A DNA stretch of 64,000 bases from Octopus vulgaris. Its lineage: Eukaryota. The position numbers and the translations under genes were made by a program. Numbering within the stretch: the first letter of the stretch is position 1; the number at the start of each line of letters is the position of its first letter. The notes below the pieces were generated by a model, which did no database searches, had not been told where the DNA came from, and worked only from the letters and a program-made list of their open reading frames with translations. Of the stretch, positions 1 through 13,595 are shown piece after piece. The stretch lies in NCBI GenBank assembly GCA_951406725.2, contig OX597817.1, positions 55,056,001-55,120,000 on the forward strand, in the 5' to 3' direction.

Positions 1-149
1 TTTTTTAATGACAAATTTATTGCAGGTTTATCGACGTATACTTAGAATAGCATGGCCATATTTTGTAATAAACAGTAGAGATAGAATATCTGGAGTTGCA
101 CAACTCAGCCGTAACTTATCATCAGATTAATGGATGCGTGCATATTATC

Positions 150-905
150 AAAAAGCCATGCTTGGATATGTTAGCAGAAAGCTTCTGAATGACAGGAACA
201 TTGATTCTCAAAGCAGTCTATTATGGACCAACAACTGAATTACTAAGTCTCACTTTGAAGGGTATTCATTTGCAATCCAGTAGAAGGAAATAGCGACCAA
301 ATACCTGGTGTACGAAAGGAACAGACGTGCAAGAAAAACACCAAAATGCGATGCAGACTTTGTAGAGTTAACAACGAGGATATCACCCAAGTCATAAGCG
401 ATTATCCAAAATTATAATCGTGTTATTATCTACCGATGAGACACGATGTTCTGTCCAAAACACTGTATAATGAGATACATCGGAAAGATAATCCAAAGAG
501 GATGGTAAAGGCCAATTGCCACTCTTAATACGAACAATTACTAGTGTAATGTTCTAATGAAAGCCAGTGAACACCTCAATAAAATGTAAACATAATGGAC
601 GGGGGAAGACAGAGGAGAGAAACTATGCACTGAAATGGAATACAGTTGCCCAGCAGTTGATAACATAAAGCTAAGGACCAAGGAAAATGAAAACACCTCC
701 TCTGAGCGATTGAGAAATATTTGATGTTACTCTACTCATAAGTTCAGGCTGACATGTGTAATTCGTAGAGCATTGGGATCTATAACAAACTGCCTAAGCA
801 CCAATCTTGAGAAATTAGGCTTTTGAAAACCAGACTGGAGAAAACTAATTTGTAGATTACTGATATAAGGAACCGTCAAAATTTGTAAATTTTTCAAAAG
901 CTTAG
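150..905 (+). pseudogene. Decayed 3' end of an R4/Dong-like (restriction-like endonuclease) non-LTR retrotransposon
   Basis: Manual translation across stops and frameshifts gives HFEGYSFAIQ*KEIATKYL, CRLCRVNNEDITQVISDYPKL*SCYYLPMRHDV (CCHC knuckle plus RHD), EMEYSCPAVDNIKL, ALGSITNCLSTNLEKLGF and GTVKICKF. This is the motif order of R2/R4-clade C-termini. Confidence 0.8.
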
Positions 906-1352
906 CATTTAATCATATATGCGTATGCGTAAACATGCAACTATATGCATGAATTACATACAATAAAAGTTACAAATCTTCACATGCAGCGATCTCGAAT
1001 ATGACATACTTTCACACTAACATGCACAAATACCATGTAAATATTTTTGAAATTCCAGTGAAACAATCTTCGAATATAACTTAGAAAATGGTTAGCTTTT
1101 TATTGGCATGAAATCTTGAAATAAAACTGCGCTATAGGTACCGGTGAAGATTTATAGGCTCAGGCGTGACTTTAGAAACGTTGGCGTGTCTGTGTGGTAA
1201 AAAGGTTACTTCCCAACCACATGGTTCCGGGTTCAGTCCCACTGTGTACCAACTTCGACAAACGTTTTCTGTTATATCCCTGGGGGTCTTCCAAAATTGT
1301 ACGTGGATTTAGTAAACGGAAGCTGAAAGAAGCCCTCCGCGGTATATATGTA

Positions 1353-1405
<53 letters not shown>

Positions 1406-1413
<8 letters not shown>

Positions 1414-1774
1414 TATGTACATATATACACAAGGGTACTACATGTGCACCTACATCGCTATAGAATAGAAGTAAAAATATTCGTACCACCGAACAGTCAC
1501 AAATCTAATACAGACATGATAGGAAAAATTATCCGTGAACAATAATGATGAGAAATCAGGCACCTATTTGGCGCTAAGTTTCGAAACCGGTACCAATTGA
1601 TCAGCATTTACTTGTTCTGACCCAGTAGAGATAAGATGATATTAATCTAACTTTCTCTCTCATGTCTGTAGTAGATTTGTGACTGTTCGGTGGTACAGAA
1701 GTGTTTTTGACTTCTATTTTAGCGATGTAGGCGCTCATGGAGTGCCCTTCAGCATATATGTACATATCTAATAT
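1406..1774. repeat. Inverted repeat pair (arms 1406-1519 and 1660-1774) enclosing a degenerate hammerhead-like motif; probable Penelope-type terminal structure
   Basis: Arms are reverse complements with scattered mismatches, e.g. CCACCGAACAGTCACAAATCTA / TAGATTTGTGACTGTTCGGTGG. Confidence 0.8.
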
Positions 1775-1881
1775 TGTATGTATATATTTTATTAATTCGC
1801 CTGTACAGTTGATAATTCGCTTGCCACTCCTGACGGTATTTTAATAATACATATATATATATATATATATTTATACAGATA

Positions 1882-2109
1882 CAGTAGAATCTCGGTTTAC
1901 GAACGTCTCTGATTACGTATAAATCTTGCTTAACATACACACACACATATGTATGTGTGTGTATATATATAAACACACGCACACACACACTCATATATAT
2001 ATATATATATATGTGTGTGTGTATGTATGTTTGTGTGTGTGTGTGTGTGTACATATATATAGCACGATTTATTGGTGATCATAGTAGCTCGAGAACCGAG
2101 GTACTATTG
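1882..2109. mobile_element. pogo/Tigger-like MITE
   Basis: TIRs CAGTAGAATCTCGGTTTACGA ... TCGAGAACCGAGGTACTATTG, with TA on both flanks. Confidence 0.7.
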
Positions 2110-2196
2110 TACATACACATACATATATGTATATCTATATCTATCTATCTGTCCATATATATATATTTTTTTCTCTCCTTGTTTCTATTCTGTATA

Positions 2197-2234
2197 TCTT
2201 TCTGTCGAAGAGCGTAGTCTCGAAACGTAAAAGA
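2197..2234 (+). ncRNA. Minimal type-I hammerhead ribozyme-like motif (A6U variant) within a ~170-bp repeat (2165-2332)
   Basis: TCTTT-CTGTCGA-A-GAG(CGTAGT)CTC-GAAAC-GTA-AAAGA: stem I TCTTT/AAAGA, stem II GAG/CTC, palindromic ACGT at stem III. Confidence 0.6.
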
Positions 2235-2330
2235 CTTGTTTTATTTCTATTCCTGAGCGCCATACTAATACATTGTTTGTTTGTACTCCACCTGCCTTCG
2301 TCTTTTGTTTACTTTCGTAAACCTTCCCGT

Positions 2331-2376
<46 letters not shown>

Positions 2377-2403
2377 GCATACATACATACATACATACAT
2401 ACA

Positions 2404-2436
<33 letters not shown>

Positions 2437-3789
2437 CTATCTATGTATTTGCGTGTCTGTGCTGTGCTTTTCCCCTCACCATTACTTGACAATCGATGCT
2501 TGTGTGTTTATGTCCCCTTAACTTAGCGGTACGGCAAAAACGGCCCGATAGAATAAGTACTAAGCGTACAAAGAACAAGGCCTGGGGTCGATTTGTTCGA
2601 CCGAAACACGTAAAAGAATGAAAGAATTACATTCGTGCAAGTGTAAGTTGACAATCACTTCGAAGTTACATATAATAAGCAATGGCGGCTTTTCTAAGAC
2701 CGCTTATTCCGTATCTCAGTGGTCGAGTCTGAAAAGGGGAAAATTAATATAAAAAGCCACCATTCACACTAAACAGACATAGGTGGATGTATGCACGCAT
2801 GCATCTATGTATGTATATATGCAGGAAGATGTATTTGTGTGTGTGTGTGTGTGTATGTAGCAAGATATGTATGTATGTATGCGCGAGAGTATTACTGTTT
2901 AATATGTGCGTGTTTGTGCTCGCATGTGTGTGTGTGTGCGTGTGTGTGCGACTTCAAAAATGATATTTGAATGTTTATTAAAATGTCTGATTATTTTTCC
3001 TCTCACATTTTCCCAGTCTTTCTTGTTTTACATCAGTTTGACATCACTCTCTATAGACAGCAATAAGTACTTACATGAATGCATGAATAAATTACACACG
3101 CACACACACACACACGCACACACATAATACATACTTAAATACGTACATACATATATCTACTTAACAGTCTTCATACGTGTTGATCCACCATTTTCTGTCT
3201 TTCTTTTTATCCTCACACACTGTTCTTCCATTTATCTGGCTCTCTCTTTCTATCATTCCTTCATCGTCTCCTCACTCTCTCTCTCTGTCTCCCTCTTCCT
3301 CCCCCCTCTATCTCTCTTCCTCTCCATATACCTATATTTCTCTCACCGACTTATTCTATAGTTCTTCCTGTTTTAATATCTATCTTTCATTTTCCTCACA
3401 CTATTTCTCTGTCTCTCTGTCTGTCTCTCTATCTGTGTATCTGTCTCTCTCTCTGTCTCTGTCTCTCTCTCTGTCTCTGTCTCTCTCTCTTTCTGTTCCT
3501 TCTACTTCTCTCGGCTCCATTTATTTTCTATCACAATATATCTATATAATTTTATCTCTATATTTTTACCTGTCCTTCTATGATAATCTATACCTCCCTC
3601 AATAGGTGCCACGCGTTCTCTTTCTTTCTCCCTCTTTCTTTCCCTTTTCCTCCCACTTTCAATATCCTTCTACCTTTCTTCTTCCTCCCCTCCCTCTTTG
3701 TCTCTCCCCCTCTTTCTCCTTCAACAGAACATCTACTAATATATACAGAAAACATTAACTAGAAAAGAAACAAGACACATTAACTTAGA

Positions 3790-3938
3790 AAATACACCTA
3801 AATATATATATGTATATATATATATGTGTGTGTGTGTATGTGTCTGTGTGTTTGTGTGCATTATGTAGCTATATATGTGTATCTCTCTCTCTCTCCCTCT
3901 CTCTCTCTCTATATATATATATGCACATATATACATAC

Positions 3939-3980
<42 letters not shown>

Positions 3981-4035
3981 ATATACATACATATATATAC
4001 ATATGTATATTTACACACACATACCATATATATAT

Positions 4036-4078
<43 letters not shown>

Positions 4079-4412
4079 ATATACATACATATATATATAT
4101 ATACAAATACATACATACATTCACACAACCTACATTGGCGCACAGGCGTAATCACATTTACACACAGTGCATCAAAACAGACACACAGATACACAATACA
4201 TACACACACATTTATATATGCCTACATACAGGCATCAACTTACAATAAGTTTCAAACACAGAGTCACATATATAGTTCACACCACACACACACCTTTATT
4301 AATATACAATTCATCGTAAGAACTACTACAATCGATGAAACACATATATAGAGATTGGTCAAAGTTCTGTGAGATGCGTTTGTAGATAGAGACTGAGACT
4401 TATGCGTAGAGG

Positions 4413-4460
<48 letters not shown>

Positions 4461-4651
4461 GATGAATATTCACACTGGAAACCAAATCAGGTGAAGTTGG
4501 TCGATCTCATCCATATACATAGGAAAACATAGACACATATGAATATACACTGGATGTTCAGATTTACACCAACTTAAATATACAAAAATAATCTCAAGAC
4601 ACACTCATACCAGAATACATATTCATCGTACATAAACATTCACACACACAC

Positions 4652-4722
<71 letters not shown>

Positions 4723-4768
4723 GAGAGAGAGAGATAGAAGCATTTATGTATATATGTATATATATGTA

Positions 4769-4834
<66 letters not shown>

Positions 4835-5073
4835 AATACGTATATATATACATACATATATATATTTACATGTATATATATGTATATATATACATTTGTA
4901 TATTCATATATATATATATATATGCATATATATACAAATATATATGCATATATATAGATATGTATATATATACATATATATTGATACATGCATTAATATA
5001 TATGCCTATATATATATATATATATATAATAGATAGATGCATGTATATATATATAGATATAAATATGTATATG

Positions 5074-5122
<49 letters not shown>

Positions 5123-5220
5123 GTATATGTATATATAAATGCACACAAATATGTGTATATATGTAAACACACAAACACACACACACATATATACACATGA
5201 ATATATATATTTATGTATGT
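3790..5220. repeat. Compound (TA)n/(CA)n/(TACA)n microsatellite field
   Basis: Directly visible; source of the YI/HT/CV-repeat ORFs. Confidence 0.95.
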
Positions 5221-5899
5221 AGTTAGGTAAGACGGTAGTTGTACCACATATACCCAAAACATAGCAGGTGTATACAGTTCGACATACTGTGAGTAGAGAC
5301 ACCTGTTATTAGTTAAACAACCACAACTTTAGTCATAATATCGCGAAAACAAAACACACGCACACACACACAATTATATATATATGTGTGTATGTGCATT
5401 TATGTGTATGTGTGAGTGTGTGTGAATGTGTGTGAATGTGTGTGTCTAAACACACATATGAATACAGGAGTGTAGTCCGACCTAACATGATTATACACAC
5501 CACTCGCAACTAAATAATCACGTTGGCAGGAACAATTTAAGCATAAACCTTACACCTTCACAAATGCACACACATGCACGTACATACACACACACACACA
5601 TACACGTACATACACACACACATACACGTACATATACACACACAAATAGAAACATGCACACATACACACTCACACACGCATACACATACACAGATACAAA
5701 TAATTACATGATCACAGTCGCAGTGTGTGATACACAAAGATTACCTTCATCTCACAGATACAAACGCTCAACGTTACACAGAACATAGACATACATATCA
5801 CAAATATATACGCCACATATGAACCAAATCACTCCGACGATGGTTCATATGAAGTTACATATTTCTGCTTTTAATCATACTGCTTATTGCTGACAATGG

Positions 5900-6960
5900 A
5901 TTCCAATAAGGAAGCCCTCCTCCATTTGTAGATCCTTTGCGATTGTACGTTCCGATCCTTAACATACATTTTTGGTCGCAGAAGAGGTGTTAGTGTTTGG
6001 ATGAGGAAACCAGCTGTATTTACACGTCCGGCCTTATATAGTTTCTGTGTGTTTCACAACTATTTCTTCAATGAGTTCCTTTAATAGCAAAACCCTAAAT
6101 TCAAGAACGGGTAGCTGAACCTTTCACTGTTGCCAGTTTGATAGGGTTGCCCTTAAAATTAGCCTTCATCTGCTTTTGAACAGCTTCTTTAATCCAGCAA
6201 CCGGGCATTGAAGATTCTGCGAGAGAGATGCAACTCAGGCGTACACACCGTATGCCCGAGCCATGTTAACTGACACCTGAATAATGCGAATTCCATGTTG
6301 CTGGATTTCATCCGACAGAGCTTGTTCTTGTCTCAGCAGGATGTTCTAGAGACAGCAGATGTTAAAATCTGTGAGCGTTTAATATCTCCAGTTTATGAGA
6401 GATCCTGGAGAATTGAAACACATACTACCTTATAGACGATGGGAATCGTAATGTGAGGCTTGAGATGTTTGCATATAATGTCCCTCTTCCTGCGTTTCCT
6501 AAATGATACAGAGGCTTGTCTGTATAGGTTACAATTTGCCCACCAACAAGCTGTATTTGCTGCCGAGATATCTGAATTTACGACGGAGAGTCTGGTTGTT
6601 ACTGTCGTAGTAGGTATATGAGGGAGGGGATTAGGTTCACTGTGCCATTGGTAAGTGTTACCCTTTTACTGGATGTTAATTACCTGGACCATTTCTTTTA
6701 TAAAATCTCACAGGTGCCGCAATAATATTTTAAAGAGCTTCGACAGTGTGGGCTTCCGGAGCATCAGCAAGCACAGGAGTTCAAAGTTCTGTTCTGATCG
6801 GAGTTTGATGGTGACCTACAACCTTCGCACGTTGGAAATGATTTTGTCTAGTTGGACATTGAGATTTCTATCGCAATATTTATTCTTCAGCATAAAATTG
6901 TAGTGAAATAGATGAGAAAGATATTTAAGAGTACAAGATCTAGAACCACTTTCTTGCTGA
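5900..6960 (-). pseudogene. Highly decayed RTE (BovB-like) LINE: RT C-terminal half and zinc-finger tail
   Basis: Minus-strand fragments in the expected order: LADA..AHT (YADD region), FRYLGS, VYKVVCVSIL, CCL*NIL, QLTWLGHTVCTPELHLSRRIF (cf. QLRWLGHV.RM...RLPR) and CDQKCMLRIG (cf. C.R.C.SRIG). Confidence 0.7.
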
Positions 6961-7672
6961 GTTGTAATTCTCATAGGACCAGAATTGACATATTTTTCTT
7001 ATACACACATGCAACGAAATAAATGTGTGTGTGTGTGTGAGCCTGCCCATTTGCGTGTGCACCTGCCTGCTCACATATATGTGCGTAATCACACACATAT
7101 ATATCGTAATTATACGCCAGTGTGTCGGTGTATATACAAGTACACATCAACACGTTTAAAGAAAGACAAACAAGCATCACGAGTACAGAAAACAAGTATT
7201 TATCTAGATAACAGACATAGATTCAATTCATAACATTTAATATTACGTTGGTAATAACAGATATATAAACCCAGACGAAGATGTATTCTGGGACATACAC
7301 AACATCCATATAAATATATATATGCATTTATTTAATTACCTGTATATGTATGAGAGACAGAGACAGGCAGAAACAAGGAAAATGCCACTTGTATTTGAAC
7401 ACTATGCAAATATTCTTTGACTGAAACCGGTACTGAAATGTTTTTTATAAAATTATTTTAGCATTTTCTATCTTGACTTTTTCCATATACATACATACAT
7501 ACATACATACATACATACATACATACATACATACATACATACATACATACATACATACATACATACACACATAATCTACTAGAAAATTACCATAGAAATT
7601 GCACAGAGGAAAACAAACATCTTTTTTATGCACGCATCACAAACACAGGCACACAACAATATGGTATTCTCT

Positions 7673-7744
<72 letters not shown>

Positions 7745-8508
7745 CATACACATACACACACACACATATATGTATATATATACATATATACATAGGCATA
7801 TCAAAAAATATCACACACAGTTATCCACACCACTGATACGGATACACAATAATACCTATACGTAATCAAACCTTCCATAACTACTAAAAATCCCACATAC
7901 ATAGATACATCCAGCCAGTCATACTTGCCGTTATCACGTCCTTACAGAAAACCCCAGAAACAGGATTAGTGAGCGGTATTAGTTCGACAATAAACCATAA
8001 CTGTGGACAAACCACACAGTTTCTAATGGAACAGTATTTTTGATACATTTCAGATGGCAAGCAAATTGCTGCGCTACATTTGCCCGAGGCGTTGGCCTCG
8101 TAGCTAGATTCTCTGCAGAAGTTTCAAATCTCAAGTCGATTCTATTTGAAGCTATTTTATCTCGACAGCTTCATTTGTCAATATGATGTGTGTGTATATA
8201 TATGTATATGGTGATTTCTTCCTAAGATGTGTTTGTTTACCATCGTTTTTTTTCCCTCCTTTATTTGATGTGCTCTTACTGTTGTTGGTGTTGTTGTGGT
8301 CGTTGCCTAAATAGAAATTGTGTCTTGCCATTACAGTAGCAGTTGCAAACACAGAATTTATATCGAGGCAACAAACACAACAAGAGCGGCAACACATCAC
8401 ATGAAGAGGCGATCATAATCAAACATATGTTAGCAAGAAACCGCCATATATATCTACATACATCACATCGTCAAACACAGATGTCACAGGTACATAATCG
8501 TATATATA

Positions 8509-8566
<58 letters not shown>

Positions 8567-9677
8567 TATATATACATATGCATGTATGGATATATATATA
8601 TATATATATATATGCATATACATGCACGCACATAGATATACTCATATATACGCATTCACAAACGTAACACGTGAACACAATATACACAAACGTACATCTA
8701 TAGCGACAAATGTGTACACACCAAAGCCACGTACACACATATAAATATACACATTCACGTGTACAATCCTAGACACACCGTAACGTCTCACATACACATA
8801 TACACATATACAATCACTCGCATACATTCAGAAACACGCAGACATAATCATACACAATCAGGAATAACGTAACGATAGACACACCCTACACACACACATA
8901 CACACGCACAAATACACACTCGCACACACTTAAGCACACAGAAACACACGAGCAAAACCTACATAAAAATGAAAAGAGGAAAAAAAGGGGAAATTCTGTT
9001 ATTAATATTTATGAAACTATTTATATATTTCTTTATATCTTTTTTTCTTTTTTCTTTTTTTTGCTGACTCGATAAAAGTTAATTTTCATATTGAAATTAT
9101 TTGATTTATTCATAATGCTAAAATAGCATAAAACTAAAGAAAAATATTAGTCGAACAGAGAATTAATTTGTGCAAAACTAAATGTATAATCTTTGGCACT
9201 GGTTGGTAATCATTCCATAGTTATTGATGTTGTTGCCGTTGTTGTAGCTGTTGTTCCTATTTATTTGTCTAATTTTTTTTTCTTTTCATCAGTCGTCTTC
9301 CACGTTTTTATTTTCTCTCCCTCTCTTCCATTTCCTTATTGTTTTATAGAATGTCGCAATATTTCGAAGCCCACCTTTCTCTGGTGTTGCTATCAATATG
9401 AGTGATGCTCAAAAATAACCGACCTAACGCCACGCCCAAGCTTTCGATTCCCGATTGACGCTAAATCACATATGTTAAATCCACGGACGATAATAATGTT
9501 TAAAAATGCATTACGGGGTCTGGAGTATTCTGACATTTTCTAGGAAACCCCTCTCAACCGCCTCCTCTTGCATATTCATTTGTTTCTTTTTAAACATTTC
9601 CCAATTTGATGAAGGTTAAAGCGCAGCCACACTCTAATAACTCACATAAAAAAGAGGCCAAAATGATTTTCTAAATT

Positions 9678-9965
9678 ATAGTAGTAGTAGCAGCAATAGT
9701 AGTAGTAATAGTAGTAGTAATAGTAGTAGTAATAGTAGTAGTAGTAGTAGTTGTAGTGGTGGTGGTGGTGGTGGTAGCAGTAGTAGTAGTGGTGGTGGTC
9801 GTCGTCGTAGCAGTAGTAGTAGTAGTGGTGGTGGTGGTGGTGGTAGCAGCAGTAGCAGTAGTATCAGTAATGGTAGTAGTAGTAGTAGCAACAACAGCAG
9901 CAGTAGTGGTAGTAGTTGCAATAGCAGCAAAAGTCGTAGTAGTAGTAGTGGTAGTAGTAGTAGTG

Positions 9966-10002
<37 letters not shown>

Positions 10003-10121
10003 CAACAGCAGCTGCAGCAGCAGTAGTAGTACGAACAGCAGCAGCAGCAGCACCAGTAGTAGTAATATTAGTAATGGTAACAGCAGCACGACAGCAACAG
10101 TAGTAGAAGTAGTAGTATCAA

Positions 10122-10171
<50 letters not shown>

Positions 10172-10172
10172 T
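9678..10172. repeat. (GTA)n/(GGT)n/(GCA)n trinucleotide microsatellite
   Basis: Directly visible; gives the poly-L/V/T ORFs. Confidence 0.95.
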
Positions 10173-10203
10173 AGTACTGATGTTTGTTTTTTTCTCTCCT
10201 TCT

Positions 10204-10495
10204 AGTACTCCGTCGGTTACGAAGACGAGCGCTCCAGTTGATCCGACCGACGGAGCAGCCACTCGCGAGATCAACTTGCAAGTGGCTGAGTACTCCATTG
10301 TCACGCACGCCTTGAACGTAGTTCTCAGGGACATTCACCCTCTCACACAGAATGTGACGAGGCTGGCCCTTTGAAATAGAGTTTTGCTATTCGTTTTTAA
10401 AACCGGCTGAGTGGACCTGAGAAACTTAAAATGAAGTGTCTTGCTCAAGGACACTGTGGGCTGCCAGATATCCAAGTCAGGCCCTTACGACCGTG
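10204..10495 (-). mobile_element. SINE family C (CORE-like domain GTGTCCTTGAGCAAGACACTT)
   Basis: Matches the copies at 44034-44290 and 63205-63502, including the ...CTGAGAACTACGTT...CAGCCACTTGCA... body. Confidence 0.8.
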
Positions 10496-10540
10496 TGCCG
10501 AAAACGTTGATCAAAAATTCGCGCGCCTTCATGCGAACAC

Positions 10541-10542
<2 letters not shown>

Positions 10543-10581
<39 letters not shown>

Positions 10582-10943
10582 CAAACACACCCACAGAAAC
10601 ACATACACGCACACACTCTCTCACACACACACAAGCAATACACACACAGAAGCACACACACACAAACACACACATATGCACAAACAATACACACACAGAA
10701 GCACACGCACAAACACATACACATGCGTGCGCGAACACACATGCACACACACATACTCAAACACATACAAATACACACACAAAGACACATACACATAAAC
10801 ACATACACATAAACAAATACACACAAACACACACACAACAACACACATACAAACACATAACCACACAGACTCAAACACACACAAACACACACACGCAAAC
10901 ACACACTAACACACACTAACACACACACACACACACAGACACT
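10543..10943. repeat. Degenerate (CA)n tract
   Basis: Directly visible. Confidence 0.95.
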
Positions 10944-11530
10944 CAAGGAATTATGAATTCAAATATTTCGTCTCTCTTCAGAAGCCATCGGCTAAGCCCA
11001 GGATGTTGTAGATGCTGCTTGTTCATTGGATGAAACCGTGTAACCTGTGTTTGCAGTGTAAACTTTAATCTGTACAGCTATCAATGTCCCACTTTACGTT
11101 CTGCTTTTAAACTCAATGAAGACTAACAAACAGAATCGCTATAGCATTTGACAGTCTATTTGTAAGAATTCCGTCTGACTTTGCTGTGAGTTCAAACGTT
11201 ATGAAGAATAACTATGCATTTCGTCCTCTTGGAATTGAATTAGCGGAACTGTATGAACTCTAGACCGAACATGTTGCACAAAATTTCTTCCGATTCTCCG
11301 AGCTCTGAGGTCAAATAAAGCTAATGTCTCCTTATGTGGCCACTTTCATACGTGTGTTGGTTTAACAGCAACGATTGTCACCTTGATTGACTTTTAAATG
11401 ATTAGGCCCTAATGTAAGCTTTCGGACCAAAATCCCAGTTTGGCAGCATTTTCATTTCTCCTTCCTATCATTCTCAGCGTTCGGCCCTGAAAAAATGATC
11501 AAATGAAAAATATGATGTTGGCCTTTTATA

Positions 11531-11763
11531 CAGGGTTGGTCCAAAGTCACCCGACAGTAATTCAAAATTCCATAAATACCATCTGTAATTCTGTATTGAC
11601 TCGAATGGAAAATGGTGTTGCTCAGGAAGGACTTCAGTTTGAACAATTTTCACGATGTTTCATATTTAGATGCTTTTATTAAATTCATTCAGTTGTTAAA
11701 CATAAATAAATCTTGGAATTAAATTGTTTTCATTTACTGTCAGGTGACTTTTGGCTAACGCAG
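11531..11763. mobile_element. Tc1/mariner-type MITE
   Basis: TIRs CAGGGTTGGTCCAAAGTCACCCGACAGTAA ... TTACTGTCAGGTGACTTTTGGCTAACGCAG, with TA flanks. Confidence 0.7.
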
Positions 11764-11950
11764 TATATCTCTGTGACTATGACATAAGTTACCAGGACGA
11801 ACTCTAGCATTTTCGTCAAATTTCATATGTTGAGATTTCTCTTCTAGTCTTTACTGGCTTACCCTTGAAATCATCTGACACGAAGGGGTTGATTTTTTTG
11901 TTAATAATACACTTGACTATGGGACTGATTTCAACATTGGAATTATTTTC

Positions 11951-12164
11951 AAGGCGGCGAGCTGGCAGAATCGTTAGCGCGCTGGGCGAAAGGCTTAGCA
12001 ATATTTCTTCTGTCTTTATGTTCTGAGTTCAAATTCCGCCGAGGTCGACTTTGCCTTTCATCCTTTCGGGGCCGATAAACTAAGTAGCAGTTGCGTACTA
12101 GGGTCGATCTAGTCGACTGGCCCCATCCCCGAAAATGTCAGGCTTTGTGCCTAGATAAGAAAAG
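11951..12164 (+). mobile_element. SINE family B, 'tail-2' subtype, full length with 17-bp TSD
   Basis: Head AGGCGGCGAGCTGGCAGAATCGTTAGC, B-box GAGTTCAAATTCC, core CTTTGCCTTTCATCCTTTCGGGG. TSD AACA(T/C)TGGAATTATTTT at 11933-11949 and 12165-12181. Confidence 0.9.
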
Positions 12165-12368
12165 AACACTGGAATTATTTTATCGGTATTTGTTTCTCGA
12201 ATACCAACACGATTCTTTGTTTTGGGGAGCATTTATACTGTTTGACACATTGTGTCATATTGTAGCTTCCTCCATTACGTTGTGGATATGTGGATAGGCG
12301 AGTGTACAGAGAGAAATATATGTGTGTTTACAAATATATATTTATTATACATATCTGGTACGTCTTAA

Positions 12369-12889
12369 CCTATTCTTTGCCATGAGCTCCATTTGGGGAT
12401 CTCCTACATTACATACCGTTTCACTGCCGGTTGTTCGTTCTATTTAAAGTCAATTGCTTATGTAGATTGCATTTGTAGAGGTGTGATTAACAATATTTAG
12501 TAGTTAAAGTTTGTCATTATTAGCTCTCGCCAATTCTAGAGGACACTTATGTCATAAATCACAATTCCTGAACTACAAAAATATTGAGTGTTCTGAAAAC
12601 TTTTTTTGTCGTTTGTTCTGCATTTCCCATCTATATCATTCATTGATATTTCACACACATTCGTATTTGATACTATAGTTTAAAAAAAAAAAATTTAAAT
12701 GTTTATTATTGGAATTCAATAGAAAAGGATAAATTTGCCTTTTTTCAGCGATCCCCGTTTGGGACTTCTCGGAAAAATTTATAATAATTTCCAAAATATT
12801 TCACATACGAAGAAAATTTAAATACTATATATTATTATTTGAACAGGCAAAGCCAAAAATATGAATAAACAAATTTGACAGTTAATGGG
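12369..12889. mobile_element. Possible piggyBac-like non-autonomous element
   Basis: TTAA-CCTATT...AATGGG-TTAA ends, plus an internal inverted motif (CCATTTGGGGATC / GATCCCCGTTTGG). The TIR match is weak. Confidence 0.35.
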
Positions 12890-13129
12890 TTAATTTGGTA
12901 AAAGGTTTCAGTCAACGAATCAAATCTCCAATTACATAACTGGTATTTACGTTGAAAAGTTTAAGAACTTGAAATGAAAAACAGCTTTATTTCAATGGCT
13001 TGAAGTCAGATATTGAAGGGAGGTAACCACTACTTGACTGTACAATATAGTCCGGCATTTAATTAGTTCTCAATGCTTCTTATGTCAGTCTTGATGATAA
13101 ACAGGGTGACGAAAAATGTGTTAATGATG

Positions 13130-13471
13130 ACGTGGCTGCTGGATATAATGGCGACGACGACGGCAATGACGACGATGAATATGATGGTGATGATGGTGAT
13201 GATGATACTAAAAAAGACGCTGATGAAAATCATGGTGAAGGTGATGGCGATGATGATGATGATGATGATGATGGTGATGCTGATGCTGATGATGCTGATG
13301 AAGATGATGATAATGATGATGATGATGAGGAGGAGGAGGAGGATAATGATGATGATGATGATGACGATGATTGTGATGATGATGGTGATGATGGCGATGA
13401 TGAAATGATGATGATGATGACGGCGATGATGTGATGATGATGATGATGATGATGGCCATGATGATGATGAC

Positions 13472-13507
<36 letters not shown>

Positions 13508-13564
13508 AAAAGCGATGATGATGATGACGATAATGGCGATGATGTTGATAATGATGACGATGGC

Positions 13565-13595
<31 letters not shown>

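Larger units (their letters stand above)
1155..2601 (+). mobile_element. tRNA-headed SINE family A, split: head 1155-1341, tail ~2455-2601, expanded internal microsatellite carrying nested insertions
   Basis: Head GGCGTGTCTGTGTGGTAA...GGTTCCGGGTTCAGTCCCACTG has A/B-box-like motifs. Tail CTTGACAATCGATGC...CCTGGGGTCGATTTGTTCGAC matches the contiguous copy at 43501-43962. Confidence 0.85.

Noticed and set aside
7270-7440. GAAACCGGTA motif at ~7423
   Set aside because: It has the palindromic 3' half, but I could not find a CTGANGA box or stem II upstream; too weak to call.
10960-10985. Minus-strand CTGAAGA-GAGAC-GAAAT hammerhead-like match
   Set aside because: No real stem I or II; it lies beside a decayed SINE fragment and is probably coincidental.
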